Position numbers and translations under genes: made by a program. Of a stretch of DNA of 64,000 nucleotides, positions 26,050 to 40,468 are shown in pieces. Position 1 is the stretch's first letter; each line of letters opens with the position of its first letter. The notes beneath the pieces are model-generated. The model ran no database searches, was not told the DNA's origin, and saw only the letters and a program-made list of their open reading frames with translations. The stretch comes from Lama guanicoe (taxonomy: Eukaryota), in NCBI GenBank assembly GCA_013239625.1, contig MU053881.1, forward strand, positions 5,043,957-5,107,956. Direction: 5' to 3'.

Positions 26050-26545
26050 ATCTGCTTAAAACACCTCAAGGGCTGAAGGCTTCTTAGGACAAAGGTCACA
26101 TTCCTAATCATGCCCTATGAGGCCCTCTCATGGCCTGGCCCGGCTGACTCTTCCAGCCCAGGCTCTCGCCGGCTCTGTCCTGCAGCCACTTCCACCTGGA
26201 CAATGTGACCTCCCCACCTCAGGGCCTTTGCCCGTGCTGTTCCCTCCACCTCCCTAGTGAACCCTCAGCACCTTCCAGACAGCCACTCAAACGTCACCGC
26301 AGTGAGGTCTCCCTTGACCTCTGGAAGACTCGGCCCCAGACCCCCCAGTGTTTTTCTTTCACCACCCTCATGCCGACTGTTGGTACAAATTTAACTGGAT
26401 GTTCGATTTAACTGCTGAGAATGAAGACTCCACAACAGTAGAGCTGTATCGTTCTCATTTACCACCGGATCCCCACCCAGTGCCTGGTACAATGACCAGC
26501 ATAAATGTCTGTGCATAATGAGTGAGTGAGTGAGTGAACGAACAA
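26050..26545 (+). mobile_element. L2 LINE 3' end
   Basis: Contains cctcagggcctttgcccgtgctgttccctcc...ctcaaacgtcacc...cccagtgcctggtaca...gagtgagtgagtgaacgaac tail. Confidence 0.7.
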
Positions 26546-29500
26546 ACAGCCCAGGGGATGAACAGTGAAAAGGCAAGTACAGCAGAGAGCAGACGGGGAT
26601 AGATGAGGGCTGCCTGGGGGTTCCTGGGACCCCAGGAGGAGCGGGCTCAGTGATCCGACGGCCTTGGGGGAGGACTTGCTGACAATTCATGGACACTGTC
26701 TCATCTTGCTTCACACAATGCTTGGGTGGGGCGGCTATGACCTGCCCATTGTTACAGGTGAGGAAACTGAGTCCCAGGGAGATGAAGGATGTGCCTGAGA
26801 CCCCCACAGTGGGGAAGGAGTGGGGTCAGGGCTATGACTGCTCGTTGCGGCACACAATGAACAGTCCAGACTTTAGTCTATTTCTAGATCAAATAGGGAG
26901 GGTCTCTTATACCAGGCATCCCTGCAAAAAAAAAAAAAGAGAGAGAGAGACAAATGTACAGGCATCTCCCTGAAACTGCTGGAGCAGAGATGCTCATGCT
27001 CTTAGCGGGTAAGGACGGTGAGAGGAAATGAACTGGACCGTTGCAAGCTATCAGCTGAGAACCTACCCCAGCCAAGTCTCACCTGCCTCAGTCCATTTAA
27101 CCCTCAGAAGAGCCGTAGGAAGCAGGCACTATGGTTAGGACCATTTTACAGATGAGGAAACTGAAGCTGAGAGAAGTTCCTGTTATTCCTAATTTAAGAT
27201 GCTCAATGCATCTTAAGTCTCTTTACTGTCTTCAGTCTTCAGTGTCTTCACTGTGCTATTCCAGTGAACTTCAGCAAACATCAGCAGGTCCCTAAGGTCC
27301 ACTAATGGCTTTGGGACCCCAGTGCTACTTTCTAAAAGGCTTTTAAATGCCCCAACTGTGCATTTCCTGCTGTGGGGATTTCAGGGGCCCCAACCCTTGG
27401 CTACAATTCCCACTGCTGCCCGTCTGTCTGTAATGTGCTTTAGGCATTCTGGATGCATGGATTCAGTCTCAGGTTGGCCTCCACAGTCTTGTCTTCTGTC
27501 TCCTCGAGGGCGTGAATAAGGAGCAGTCATCCCGTCAGGGAGAATCAGGGAGAACGCTGCCCCGCTCTCTTTGGGAAACACATCAATCCAAGCCAATGGG
27601 TTTTCAGTTTCCCTTAGTCCGTGCCTAGAGTTTTATAGTCACTCGATCCCTCTCTCCTTCCTAAGCACCATCCCTGCTCAAGAACCTGCTGTGGCTCCCC
27701 ACTGCCTGATGCAGCACGTGCAGACCCCAAGCTGAGTTCCTCTGGATGGTCCACAAACTAGGCCCACCTCACATGCCTGCCATATCCGCTGCCTTTCCCC
27801 ACTCTGCTATCCTTGCCTCCCAATCTCATCAGGCTGCAGAGCCCCTCACCCAGAATGCCATCCGTTCCCCGACCCCACCTCAACTCATCTCTCAAGTGCC
27901 CCCCCAGTTCACTCCTTGCTTGTGCACGTTCTGTCTTTTGTCTTCTTTTCTAGTCCAGCCCATATGAGCTGACCTCACCTTTCTAAGATGACTCTGCTTC
28001 TTTTGAGGTAGAACTCAAGTCCACCTTCCTGGACCGGGCATTCCAGCCTCGTCATGGCTCCTCCAGTCTGGCTGCTAACTCACCCTCACCGTCAGTCCAG
28101 CTTCTCACAGAACAGACACACTGCCCACCCCCTGGGGATACAGGGATGGTGGTGGGGGTCACTGATAAGGCACCTGCCTCTTCTCCGGCCTCAAGGTCTG
28201 TCGAGTTCCCTCCTGCCAACAGGCCATGAACTCAGTCACCGGTCCATTGTCCTTTTTGTAAATTGAATAGGATATGACTTGCAATTTAATAAGTGACATT
28301 TGATTAGTTGAAGGTCAGCATTTCTAAAACATCAAGTCCACATGGAAAATATGAATCAAAGAGGCCTCTTGGCAGAATGACAGGACACTGTAAGAGCCAG
28401 CGGCTGCTGGCCTGGCCCCTGCCACCTGCACCCAGGCCTGTCTCTGCAGCACAGACTTGGGTGCCGCCCACAACACAAACAGAACACAGCTCCCCGCTCA
28501 CCCCTGTCCTCATTGTGCTGAAGGTCACGGGCACGCCCCCTACTGCACCCACGATGCGTTCTCCAGCCAGTTAGCTGAGTGCTGACAATTCACAGCTGCC
28601 TCTGCCTCTGGTGGGGCCTGGAACCCTGGCCCGGGCATCCACCCAGCTCTGCTCATCTCAAGGCCTCCAGGTGGCACTCTGGGGAGGGCCTCTCCGGACC
28701 TCGCACCAAGTTAGATCAGAGTATCCCCTGAGATCCCTGGGCGTTCTTGCTCAGATAACTTAATCGCTTACTGTCCATCTTCGTTGTTGGAACGGCCCCT
28801 CCATGAGAGTAGGTACCATCTCCGTGGTATTCATCTTGGTACCCAGTGCCAGCACAGTGCCTGGCACATGGCAGGTGCTCAGCATTTAACTGTGACGTGA
28901 ATGAGTGAGCAAATGAGCGAGCAGAGCGCTGACTGGGACTGAGAGCATCTCAGCAGACAAGCTCTAGGGGGAACTTCTGGCCCAGCAGAGCCACCAGTGG
29001 AGAAGTGAGGCGATCACTGGAAGCTGTGTTCCCTGGAGCCAGACCAAGTCTGGGAGGCACGTGGCTGTGCTTCCTCTCTTGCCCCCACTGCCCTCCTGGA
29101 AACCAGTGTCACCATCCCTGCCCAGAGGTGCTTCCTGGTGTTCTGAGAAACGTCACTCGGGAGAGGTGAAGGTAGGGGTGCGGTGACCTGTGACACTCCA
29201 GCCCACGGCTGCCCCGACCCAAGGCAGCCACCTCCATGGGACTTCGCAAGTCCAATCTCCCCCTCAGTGGTTTCATCTCTAAAATGGGGGCAGAGGGACC
29301 CTGATTCCAGCATCCTGAGACTTCCAATTCAAACGAGATGGGAAGACTCTCCTGTACATCACACACACAGATATCTTTTCTGTTTCTTAAATTGTTTTTG
29401 TAACAAATCTCAAGTGTAATGATAGCAACAAATCAATACTCCCTGAGCCCCAAGAATGTACAGAATTTTCACAACCACGCTCCAAGGCGGGTACCACTTA

Positions 29501-32500
29501 CTCCCCACATCCCACAGCAGAGGAAACTGACAAAGCCCACAGAAGTGAATGATCTGGCCGACTGAGCAAACAGCAGGGCCAGAGCACAAGCCCAGAGTCC
29601 CGGCTTGGGTTTCCCACCTCCTGATCATGACAACGCCTCCAGAGAGGTGGCTTAAAAACATAGAGGCCAGGGCCCTGATTCCCCACATGACACTCTCTTG
29701 GTGGGGCCATGGGAACCTGCATTTGAACCAGCAAATTGCCCCAGTGAGCTGAACAGACTGACTCCCTTGGGCTTCAGTCCTACCATCCGTGAAAGGGGTG
29801 ACTTCTTCCCAACAGAGCCACTGGGGTTTTCACAGGAGGGAAGTGCTGGGTATGCGTCCTGAAAACAGCTAACAGGTAACCGGCAGAAGGTTCTACCGAG
29901 GAAGACGCTCTGGGCAGCCTGACCAGCCCCTCCACTTCCACTCCCGGAGCCCTCAGGGCTAGAAAGGGACTCTGAAGGCCCGCACACACCGCTGTGGGGG
30001 TTGCAGCCGGGATCCTTCTGGCAGCTTCCAAACCTGAGGCTGCAGCAGACCCAGGAGTCACTCACACGTCACAGAGCCTGCAGGGCCCGGGGCACGTTCC
30101 TACTATCACGTCTTCTGTGCAACAGCAGCACATGGCGAACCGGTTAAGCCTGTGAGCGGGTGGACACCGAGTCCACAGCCCATGTCCCACGCTAGGACAC
30201 CCCGGATGTGACACCGGCGGGGGCAGGGACGGCCACCTCGTGGGACTTCAGCAAACACACCCACAGTGTCACACACATGCACATACGTACGCACACTTGC
30301 ACACACGGGCGCTTCTTTGACAAACGAGTGGCTCTCTTCAGAGGTCCTCTCCCTTGGCCAAGCCTGCCTGCCCGCTCTCCTCTGGGCTGTTACGGCCAGT
30401 GTGTGCAGGAAGATTCTCAAATGACAGCTGTAACATCGTCACCTGCAGGGCCAGAGTCCCGAGTGGTGGCCAGACTCAAGGCTCAGGCAGAGAAACACCT
30501 GTGCAAACTACACACTAGTCACAGCCACGTGGCTGGCGGTTACCACAGTGGGGTGCCACGCAGAGCAACTTAGCCAAGTGTTCTCATTCAAGTTCTGCTG
30601 TCACCTGGGAGTAAGGTACTGTCACCACCCCCGCTGATGATGCGGGTGACAAACCAGTGGTTCAAACCAGGGAGACTGCTCATTCACTATACGACACGTT
30701 TTTTTCAGCATGCCCATCACTGACCTAGACGCTGGGGACCCAGAGCGGCCAAGGCAGGGCGAAGCGCTGACAGCGCGGTGGGAGGCTCGGACACCAAGCT
30801 CTTAACCCTGGTCTCTACTGCTTAACCCCCCTCTCCACCCCACTGGCTCCTTCCAAAGGGAGACCTCCCTGTCGAGGTGCCTGGTGTCCACTGTGGGCAT
30901 GAGGCCTGTAGAAAAACCCTGTGAGGACATGGTCTGAGTTAGATGCCACTGGCCAGCCTGATCCAGGTCCTGCAGGTAAAAACACTGGCACATGGCACCC
31001 GGGCAGGCGGCGCTAGCATTTCAAAAAATTAAAAACGATTTCTGAGTCTCACTCTCCTCATCTCTACTCCTTCCCCATGGGGTGGTCTTAGAGAATCTTT
31101 AAGCACTGGGGTTAAGGGGGAGACATGAGAAATACAACACTGCCCCCCAAAACCAAATGATGACGATACACCTGATTCTGATTCTTTTTTTTTTTTTTTT
31201 TTGATTCTGATTCTTTTCCTTTTGGCCAGGGAGGCCAGGGAGCCCCATTCTTCCAGAGGCACTAGAAACCCAGATTTTCATGTGAAATCTAATTTGAAAT
31301 GCTGGCATTTAACTTAACATTTTTTTAAACGTGAGGACCAAATAATCACACCTGTGACTGGGCAGAAATCAACCCTCAACACTAGCAGTTTACAATCCCT
31401 GCTTTAGGTCAAGTCTGTCAGGAAGTTTCATAAACGGGGGGAAGGAAGCAGAGGGGCCATGTCACCGAAATAGGAGCTACTGTGAGGCAACAGCTGTGAG
31501 AGGTGTGTGGAGTCACGGTTCATGTCCCCATTTGTAGACCAGAAAGTAGGCTCAGAGAGGTGAAGTGAGCTGCCCAAGGTCACACAGCAAATGGGTGGAC
31601 GCACCAGGATTGGTTCCCAGGTGCGCCAGGCTCCAAAGCCCAGCTGTCCCAGGTCTGCCTGGCAGCTCGCAACAGTGGCTCTGGGACAAGCTGAGTCCCG
31701 GGTGGCTGACTCTTCATGCTCCAGTGAGTGTGGGGGCAGGCAGAGGTCCAAGGAGGGTGACGCGTCTGTGTGACCCCACTGTGAGGGGCCTGACCCAGGG
31801 AGGGGCAGGTGGGGCGGGGCAGGAAAGAGGCGGGTGGGTGAGAACCCTCTCATTCCTCCTTTGACTCAGGGTTAACTCAGCTCTGACAAACCACCTGGTT
31901 TTGAGTGTGACCGAGTTGTGAGGCTCAGCCAACTGAAGCCTGCTTGGGGAAAGTCATTCGGGTCCGAGAGAGGAGAAGAGCGCTAGTCACCTGGCTTGCG
32001 GGGTGAATCGGGGTGGGTTCCCCAGCTCCAAAATGAAGGGGCTGGCTCCATTCATCTTAAGGACCTGCCAGCCCCTGTGTTTACAGATTCTTATCAGCCC
32101 GGAATCTGAGAACATACGAACAATGGGACGAACCACCCCACCTCAGTTTTCTCATCTGTAAAATGGGAGACATAAAAGCCCCTACTTCCTGGGTTTGTTG
32201 TGAGAACTGAATAAGGTAATAGGTTTAGAGTCTTCTAAGGGCTTTCTAAACTCTTAAACCCCATGTCATGCATTCATGATAATCCTTATTAATTAAGTTA
32301 ATTAAGACTTGTGGTGCTCAGTCCCAGAATTACACCTGAGTCACAATGGTGGTCCCTTCCTCAGGGTTTCCCCAGTTTCCTGGTTCCTAAGAATTACTGA
32401 GGACACTCTGAAAGACGTAGATTCCCAGGCCCAACTGGACCGGACCTGGGGCTGGGAGGTAGGAGGCAGGGCAGGACCCAGATTAGGGAAATCTGCCAGT

Positions 32501-34569
32501 TCTGGAGAGAACAGAATCGTTTCACTGAAACTGAAAACCAGGCCACTTGGCTCTCCAGGGTCAGGTGATCTAACAGAAACTATCACTTTCTAGGTGGCAG
32601 AAAGTCTTGACTTCAGGGGCTGGCTGTTACTTTGCCAGCTGTGTGGCTCTGGGCCTAGCCCTCAACCTCTCTGAGCCTCTGTCTTCTCAAAAGGGGAACA
32701 ATTAGGCCTGGGCCTCTGGGTGGGGTGAAGGTAGAATGTCAGAGTCTGCTCCCTCCCAGGTCCCCACCTCAGATTTCAGGGACTAACAGGCCATTTCAAG
32801 CAAGTGGAGCTAGTAGTGGGGAGGGGTGCTCGGAGCCTCCTGTTGGGACGGGCAGCTGGCTACCCACTCCCACTTTGGGCAGGGCCTGAGCGACGTCTGA
32901 TTTCCCAATCCGCAGGACCCATTCAGTAGGGAACATTTTCCATTCCCACTACTAGAGAAATAAATCCTTTCTGAGACACTTACACTCTTAGAAGAAAACT
33001 GAAAACATCTTCCAAACACAATAAGAGATGGCCACGAAGCACCTGATCCCAGACTACCTGGACCCCTCTGCCAGGTCTGGGGGGGTCTCATCTTGTTTGG
33101 GGTTCTGAGCTGTTTCATGGGAGGTGGGAGGTGCGAGGTCAGTGGAGCATGGGCCCCACCTTCACGAACTTGGGATCTGATTCCAGCTTGACTAGCCCTT
33201 CTCTCATTCCTTTACTTAATAAAAATTTACTGAGCACCTGCTGCGTGCAGACCCCGGGCTCGGCACCAGGAGCCAGTGATGAGCAGCAAACAGATTCAGT
33301 CCCTGCTCTCAAGAGCTTGGACGCCATCGAGACAGACAGACAGATGTTCAAGGACAAACAGCACATACAGATCACTGCAAGTGCGCTAAGGGATCTAAAG
33401 GACAGATCCAGGTGTGATGACACGGCACAGCCAGGGAAGGGGCATGGTGGGGGGACCCAAATAAGACCAAAGAAGCAGTCTGGGAATGTCTTTTTGGAGG
33501 AAGGGCATGAGTTGGCCAAGCTGCTCCAGTCAGCTCCTCCTCTGCACACTCCTTGCCTCCGTTTCCTTCCCTCTCAGTCCTCACCACAGTGGAAAATATT
33601 TGTGCCATTATTTCTTCACTGTCATTAAGCACACCTTCCCCACTACCCGGGAAATTGCATAACAGTAAAGACAATGTCAGTCTGTTTTCCCAGGACTCCT
33701 CCCCAGTAAATCTTTGAATGAGTGCATGAACGGATAAATGAACCCCGCTTCCCTGGGCCTCAATCTCCTCATCCCCACAACAGGAGTAACAGTACCCTCT
33801 GGCCATGTCGCTGGGAGATCCAGGGCACACTGCCTGTTTCCAGGCGGTGGGCCTGGTGCTACGATAACTTGGCTCATCAGGGGAGGGGAGTTAGGAGCAC
33901 AAGAGGAAGCTGGACCCCTCTGCCCTGTGAGCAAACCATTCGTGGAGTCCACCCGAGTCAGGGCCACAGAGCAACTTCAGAAAGGCCTGCCAGGATATCA
34001 GGGGAGCCCCGCCCTCCACAGCATGCAGCTAAGCAGTTCCCTGGGGACACTATCCACTGAGGCCGTCCCTGGACAAATCTTGTGTCACCCACTGGGCCAG
34101 TGAATGGGTGACAGGTTCCCGAGGATGCTAGGGCTGCCTTCTGATTTCTCTGCTCCTTGAAGCAAGTCTGGGAGGCTGGCATTCCTGTGCAAACACAGTC
34201 ACGTGTAGCAGGCAGGCGATGGGTGAGAGGAACAGAGAGATGGGACAGCAGCTTGAGCACACATGACCCGCCCAGTGTGGTGGCACCTGGGGCAGGAAGC
34301 CTTTCCCGACCACAGATGGCAGCCAGGGACAGTGAAGCGCCATAAGCCCTGCAGGGCACGGGGGGCGGGGGATGGAGAGGGCTGTGTCCTGCTCTGGGCC
34401 TCAACTTCCCCACTGGTTATGTGACACCATTGATTCCTCCCTCACAGATCAAGGTACAAACTATACAGTGATGGGCGCTGCAAGGTGGAAGGGTGATTTC
34501 ATCGCTCTCTCCCTGCACCAGGTTTTGGATTTGCCTGTGCACAAATGGTGTGCTGGTTGTCCCTTAAGC

Positions 34570-34999
34570 CAGTATTTCCCAAATTGTGGCCCCTATGCCA
34601 CCAGTGTGGTGTGGAGTGATTCCAGGCACTGCGGGGACCTGGTGGTTAAACGGCATTGGACTTCACAGTGAGGCCGTTCCCTGTTCAGTTCTCATCTGAG
34701 TGTTCCGAGAACACCACAGAGACCGTCTCAGGGTGGGGCTCGCTGGCCGTCAGCCTCTCATCTCGTCTCTCCAGCACTTGCTAACATCCATTTTAACAGG
34801 CCCAGCCGCCACCTTAGCGGGCACCAGCCAGCTAGAATGAACAACCCTGCAATGATTTGTATCTGTCTGTGGTAGGTGATATTATTTTTCCATTTTCAAA
34901 GATGTTATAAAGTTACCTTTTGCAAACAAGCATTAAATTCTAAAACTGAGTAGTTGAAAGAAAAGTTTATCGAGTCAGTAACACATATTGGGAAATGTG
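34570..34999. mobile_element. hAT-type DNA transposon remnant with terminal inverted repeats
   Basis: The left end cagtatttcccaa and right end ttgggaaatgtg form an imperfect inverted repeat. The interior resembles the remnant at about 21050-21385. The family is uncertain. Confidence 0.5.
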
Positions 35000-35419
35000 C
35001 CCCCCAACTATGGAGATGGAGCCAGAAGAGTGGGAGGCTGAAAATATGGCTGTGATTATCCGCACCAAGGCCCGTTCCCTTCCTCTTCCTCCTGGGCCCA
35101 CGGCCCGACCCGATGTCCTGGCTGCCCCTGGAATTGGGTGAGGCCAGGTCCCCCGGTCAGGACAAAAGTGATGGTGCCACGTCCAGACCCTCCACACACT
35201 GGGCCTCAGGGAGGGTCCTACACACTCTTGAGAAAGAGGCATCATGAGACGGAAGGCAGCTGGGTCTCTCGGTACCCAAGAAATGAACTTCTGCTGCAAG
35301 GGAGTTTAGAAACTGGTGGGAGGGCCAGCTTATAGTGAGGAGGGTGGGGAGAAAGACCGCTGATCAGTGAGGAACGATCCAGGGGCAGCCTGGCACATGC
35401 CGCCGGATCCAGGTACGAA

Positions 35420-35890
35420 GGGTCAATGTCACCAGTGACGTCACATGGATGTCAGGCACCCCCGACAGGATGCCCTGAGAAGGACTCTCCACCCGAGACC
35501 CAATCTGACGATGAGAAAACATCTGTCAAACCACAGGATAATACCCGGACATGCTTCTCAAGACTGCCAAGCTCATGAAGAACAAGAGAGACTGAGGAAC
35601 CGTCCCCAGTCAGAGACTAGGGAGACGTGACCACCGAATACAACGCGGGATCTTGGCTGGGATCCGGAGCAGTAAAAGGACCTTAGCAGAAAACAAGCTA
35701 AATCCAAACAAAGTCTGGAGTTCCGTTAGTAATAACATCCAGTGTCAGTTTCTTAGCTGTGACAGACGTGGTGATGTATGTGTGAACCAGGGGGCACACT
35801 GGATGGGGGGATCTGAACTAGCTTTATTACACTTTTTCTGTAATTCCAAATTATTCCAAAATTTAAAAGTGTATTTAATTTAAAAAAAGA
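35420..35890 (+). mobile_element. Old L1 (L1MC-like) 3' UTR fragment
   Basis: Contains atgagaaaacatctgtcaaacc...gagactgaggaacc...aaatccaaacaaagtctggagtt..gtta...ttattccaaaatttaaaagt. Confidence 0.6.
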
Positions 35891-38139
35891 GACAAGAAAA
35901 ATACCAGAACTGAAACATAAATTCCATGTGGCTGGAGGGACAGGAGTTGACTGTCTGGCTCAGTGCTACAGCCCCAGCTCGAGAACAGTGCCCAGTACAG
36001 AGCAGGTCCTCAATAAATGTGTTCAATGAACAGATGACTCTGCCACCCCAGCCCATCCCTGGCCTGTTGACTGGGGCTCTGGAGACCAGGCAGACAAAGG
36101 GCAGGATGGTCAGCCCCACCGGCTCCCCACGGGAAGGAATGCACCCCCAGCCCAGGTCCCCAGCAGGGGTTCGGCAGTCATCTCCTGCCCAAAGATGTAC
36201 AGTGTCAATCAGGCCTGGAAACGGTCACCCAGGCTCAGCCCCATCTCAGGTACCCAGAGCCCCTTCCCCTACAAGGCAGCTGACATTAGCAGTGTCCATG
36301 AAGCGCCCCCACCCCCAGGTTCAAATTGAGGCAATAACACTGCCCTCCGGGGCACACAAGTGGTTAAGAAGGCCGGCTCCAGCATCACAGACAGAGGGCT
36401 TCCCTTGCCCATGGTCTGTGCCACCTTGGTCAAGTCCTGTCCCTTCTGTGCCCAGGATCCTCATCAGGCAAATGGGAACGACACCTGGCTCCTACCCGAT
36501 GTGACGATGAACTGAAGGAATCCCAGAAAGGCCTCAGCCTGGCACTTGATAAATGGGGACTATTGTGAACACTGTTGTCACAGCACAGCCCTGGGAGGTC
36601 ACCAGAAAGAGACACCCTGAGGCCTGAAGGTATTGGAGGATCTGGAGGAGGGAGTGTCACTCGAACTGAGCTCTGGCCAGCCCTGGGGCTGCTGAAGAGG
36701 AACGTGAGGCGCCGGGGTAGGGCTGGTGGGGCCATCCCAGCACCAGCCAAAGGCGGGAAGCCCGGCTGACAGGCCTGGAGGAACAGTGCCCCAGCCCGAA
36801 CCTGGGGGTCCCTCACTCCTTTGCCTCTGGCTCCAAGTCCATGCCCCCCAGATCACGTCCCGGAGTCCAGGGGCTCCATCCCAAGCCCCGGCTAGCGTGT
36901 TGCGGGTCACACTGGTATGTGTGACACACAGGTTGTACGCTGCCAACCACAGGCCATCATCAGCCCTCAGGAGGCTTTGGTTTGGCCCAGCAGAATGTTC
37001 AACAAAAATAAAACTGGACGCAGTTACTAATGATTTTCACACTATTTATCAGATTTTCATCATTTCCTGAAAAACTGGGCAATCTGCAGGGCAACAAGCC
37101 ACAGGGAGCCGCCCCTTCCCTAAGGAGCGTCGCTCTCGGATGGGCCCCGGCCCACACCAAGCTGCCACCACCACACCTGCCCCGGCCTGGGGGCATCCGG
37201 GTGTGTGACCATTTGACCATTTTCTCTCCCACCATAGATTAAGGCCTTGGTGCTTGGGGTCACTGTGTGGGTGCCACTGAGGGCAGTACAGCTCCGGGTC
37301 GAACTCAAGTGTTTTCATGTGAGTACATCACTGGTCCTACAACCCCCAGGGGCCCCGGTTTTACCGTGTCCACCCTCCAGATGCCCCTCTGCTGAGGTCC
37401 ACCAGGGCTCGGTGAGAGCCTGGGGACAGTGCCACCAGGCCAGGCCAGACGGAGGGAAATGCATTCCATTTTCTAAGCACACTCATCCCCCATTCCACAC
37501 AAGCCCACCTCCTCTTCATAAAACCCTGCAAGGAAAGTGTGAGCACCCCAATTTGCAGATGAGGAAAATCGAGGCTCACAGAGGCAAAGTGTCTTGTCCA
37601 GGGTCCCATGATGGGGAAACATGGGGAAGGGACTCAGATCCAGAGGGATCTGAATGAGGACAACGTGGAGGTCTGTTCCTGGGGCGGCCTGGCCACGTTC
37701 TCCAGGGGAGCAGCCCTCGGAGGGATTCGCAGTGTGGACGGACATTCTGAAAGGATGGCCCTCTGCGTAGCACTTTCCCCTGAAGATTTGGAGACAGCTG
37801 CTCCACACCACGAAGGTACCCTTGGGCCCAGCAAAACTTCCAAACAAGTCAAATATCACCAGATTCCGCCCCCAAAGTTCTCAAGGGACATTTTGGTTAA
37901 ATTCTACATGTCAGGGGCTCCTGGTGTGAAAGCAAGAAAGAAGAGGGCAGTGAAGACCTGGTGGGGAATCATCAAAATCGACAATGTCAGGGTACCAGCG
38001 AGGCAGGATGGCACCAAGGTCAAGTACCCTGGCTCTGGAGGGTGAACCCAAGTTCAAGTCTCAGTCCTGTACCTCCTCAGCTGTGTGCCCTGGGCCAGTC
38101 ACTTCCCAGCTCTGACCCTTGCCTTCCTGTTTTAAAACT

Positions 38140-39165
38140 GAACGAATAAAGGAAACAACAGGGTGAAGAGGCAACCTTTTCACTGGGAGAAAATATTTGC
38201 CAACCACGTATTTGAAAAGTAGTTAATACCCAAAATACACGAGAAACTCCTTCAACTCCACAACAAAACACACACACACAAAACACAAAACAACAAACCC
38301 ACAACCAAACAACCCAATTAACACTGGGCAGAGAACTTGAACAGACACTTCTCCAAATAAGACACACAGATGGCCAACGGGTACATGAAAAGATGCTCAA
38401 CGTCACTAATCATCCGGGAAATGCAAATGAAAACCACAGTGAGATAGCACCTCACACCTGTCACGATGACTACTATCCAAACAAACAAAAGATAACAAGT
38501 GTGGTGAGGATGTGGAGAAACGGGAACCCTCCAACACCGTTGTGTAGGGAATATAAACTGGTGCAACCACTATGGAAAATAGTATGGAGGGTCTTCAATA
38601 ACTTAAAAATAGAACTACCATATGATCCAACAATCCCACAACTGGGTATTTACCCAAAACAATTGGAACTGGGGTTCTGAAGAGATACACATGTTTCCTG
38701 CAGCATTAGTCACAACAGCCAAGATATAGAAACCATCTAAGTGTCCATAGGTGGATGGATGAATAAGGAAAATGCCGTGTATACATATAATGGAATATTA
38801 TTCAGCCTTTAAAAAGGAAATCCTGCCATATATGACAACATGAATCAACCCGGAGGACACTGTGCTAAGTGAAATAAGCCAGTCACAGAAGGTCAAATAC
38901 TACGTCCACTTATACAAGGTATCTAAAAATAGTTCAACTTATAGAAGCAGAGAATAGAATGGTGGTTGCCAGGGGCTGGGAGGAGGAGGAAATGGGGAGC
39001 TGCTGTTCAATGGGTGTAAAGTTTCAGTTACGCAAGATGAATTAAGTTCTGCAGATCTGCTGCCCAGCACCACACCTGTACTGAACAACACTGCATTGTG
39101 CACTTCAAAACGTGTTGAGGGTTAGATCCCATCTTAAGTGTTCTTACCACAATTTTAAAAAATTG
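38140..39165 (+). mobile_element. L1MA9/L1MB-like element (ORF2 C-terminus and 3' UTR) inserted in a MIR
   Basis: ORF 38393-38680 ends [35 protein letters not shown], the L1 ORF2 C-terminus. The 3' end is gagggttagatcccatcttaagtgttcttaccacaattttaaaaaa. A MIR core lies immediately 5'. Confidence 0.9.
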
Positions 39166-40334
39166 AATCGACAGTCTAACTATATTAGAGTTTCTTGAGG
39201 GGGATGGAACTGTCCTGTATCTAGATTGTAGGGGTGGTTACATTTTATAATGTCCTGAATTCCATAGAAGGTATGCCAAGAAAGGGCAATTTTACTGTAT
39301 GTTAATCTAAAAAAATAAAATAAAGAAAAGCAATGACTAATAATCATATCTATCTCATGGGGCCAGTGTGACTTTCAAGTCCGATGACATGACCGGCACA
39401 GTGTGCAACACATCACCAGCTGAGGGACTGTCAGGCATTACTAATAACATTAGCCTCGCCTCCTTTCCTCCTTCAAAGAAATTCAAGCCCCAGACTGGAA
39501 CGCGAGAGAAGCGCTAACTCCGTGGAAGAACCACCACGTCACCAGTCCCCAGCATTTCAGGGACCTGTGACTGAAGTCTGGTAACAGCTGGGCCTCTCAA
39601 CTCAAATAAGGTTTCCACCTTTTGGATAAACAGAACATGCAGTCCGTTTCAAACGGATCTTGCTTCCTGTCCAGCTGTGCTGCCCGGCAGGTTCCAGAAG
39701 GAAGCGTTCAAAGGAAGGATTATACTGCCAGGTGTGAGCTGGTCCCCCGGGGGCCCCTTGATGCGTCAGCTGTGTGACCCAACATCTTTGGGGGTCGAGT
39801 TCCCTGGTGGTAAAATAGGAACAGTGCCCACTCAGAGGGTGAGGGGATTTGTAAAGCCCCTTACATAGCCCTGAGCTCTCAGTAGTACAGGGAGTCCTCC
39901 TGCCTCTCCCAAGACTTTAAAAAAACCAAAACACAGTAGTGTTGTTGGGTTCCCCCCAACCCCCCGTCCTGTACTTTCCCTGCATAGACAACCAATGTAA
40001 TTAAGTTAACAGACCTACATGTTAAAGCTGACAACATACAATTAGGCTAATTACCACTCCCTTAAAGGATCCATTAGAACTGTGGTTCCCAAACAACAGT
40101 CTGAGAACGGATCCTGGCTGCCCTATGAAAAGCAGGGTGGCTTAGACAGTAAGTTTGTGCAAAACTGGGCTAAACCAAGTGACCTCTGTTCCTTTCGTGC
40201 AGGACTTGTCAGAGCCTTAAGTAAGTTACACATGCATTGTGAATCTCCAAGCGGGGGACACAGCATTGATAAGCATGGACATAGAGATGCTGAGTTAGTC
40301 AATCGTACAGAGCAGGGCTCTGTCAATCTTACAG

Positions 40335-40468
40335 TACATCCAAACCACCAGAGGCTCTTGTCAGACTGCAGATGCAGAGGCAGGGTGGGCACTGAGATTC
40401 TGCACTTCCAACAAGCTCCCAGGTGATGCTGAAGCGGCTGGTGTGGGGACCACATTTTGAAGAGCAGG
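40335..40468. mobile_element. MER5-type MITE fragment
   Basis: Contains gagattctgcacttccaacaagctcccaggtgatgctga..gctggt..ggggaccacattttgaagagca. Confidence 0.75.

Noticed and set aside
35436..35443. Full CRE palindrome TGACGTCA
   Set aside because: It lies inside a decayed L1MC-like fragment with no supporting motif context.
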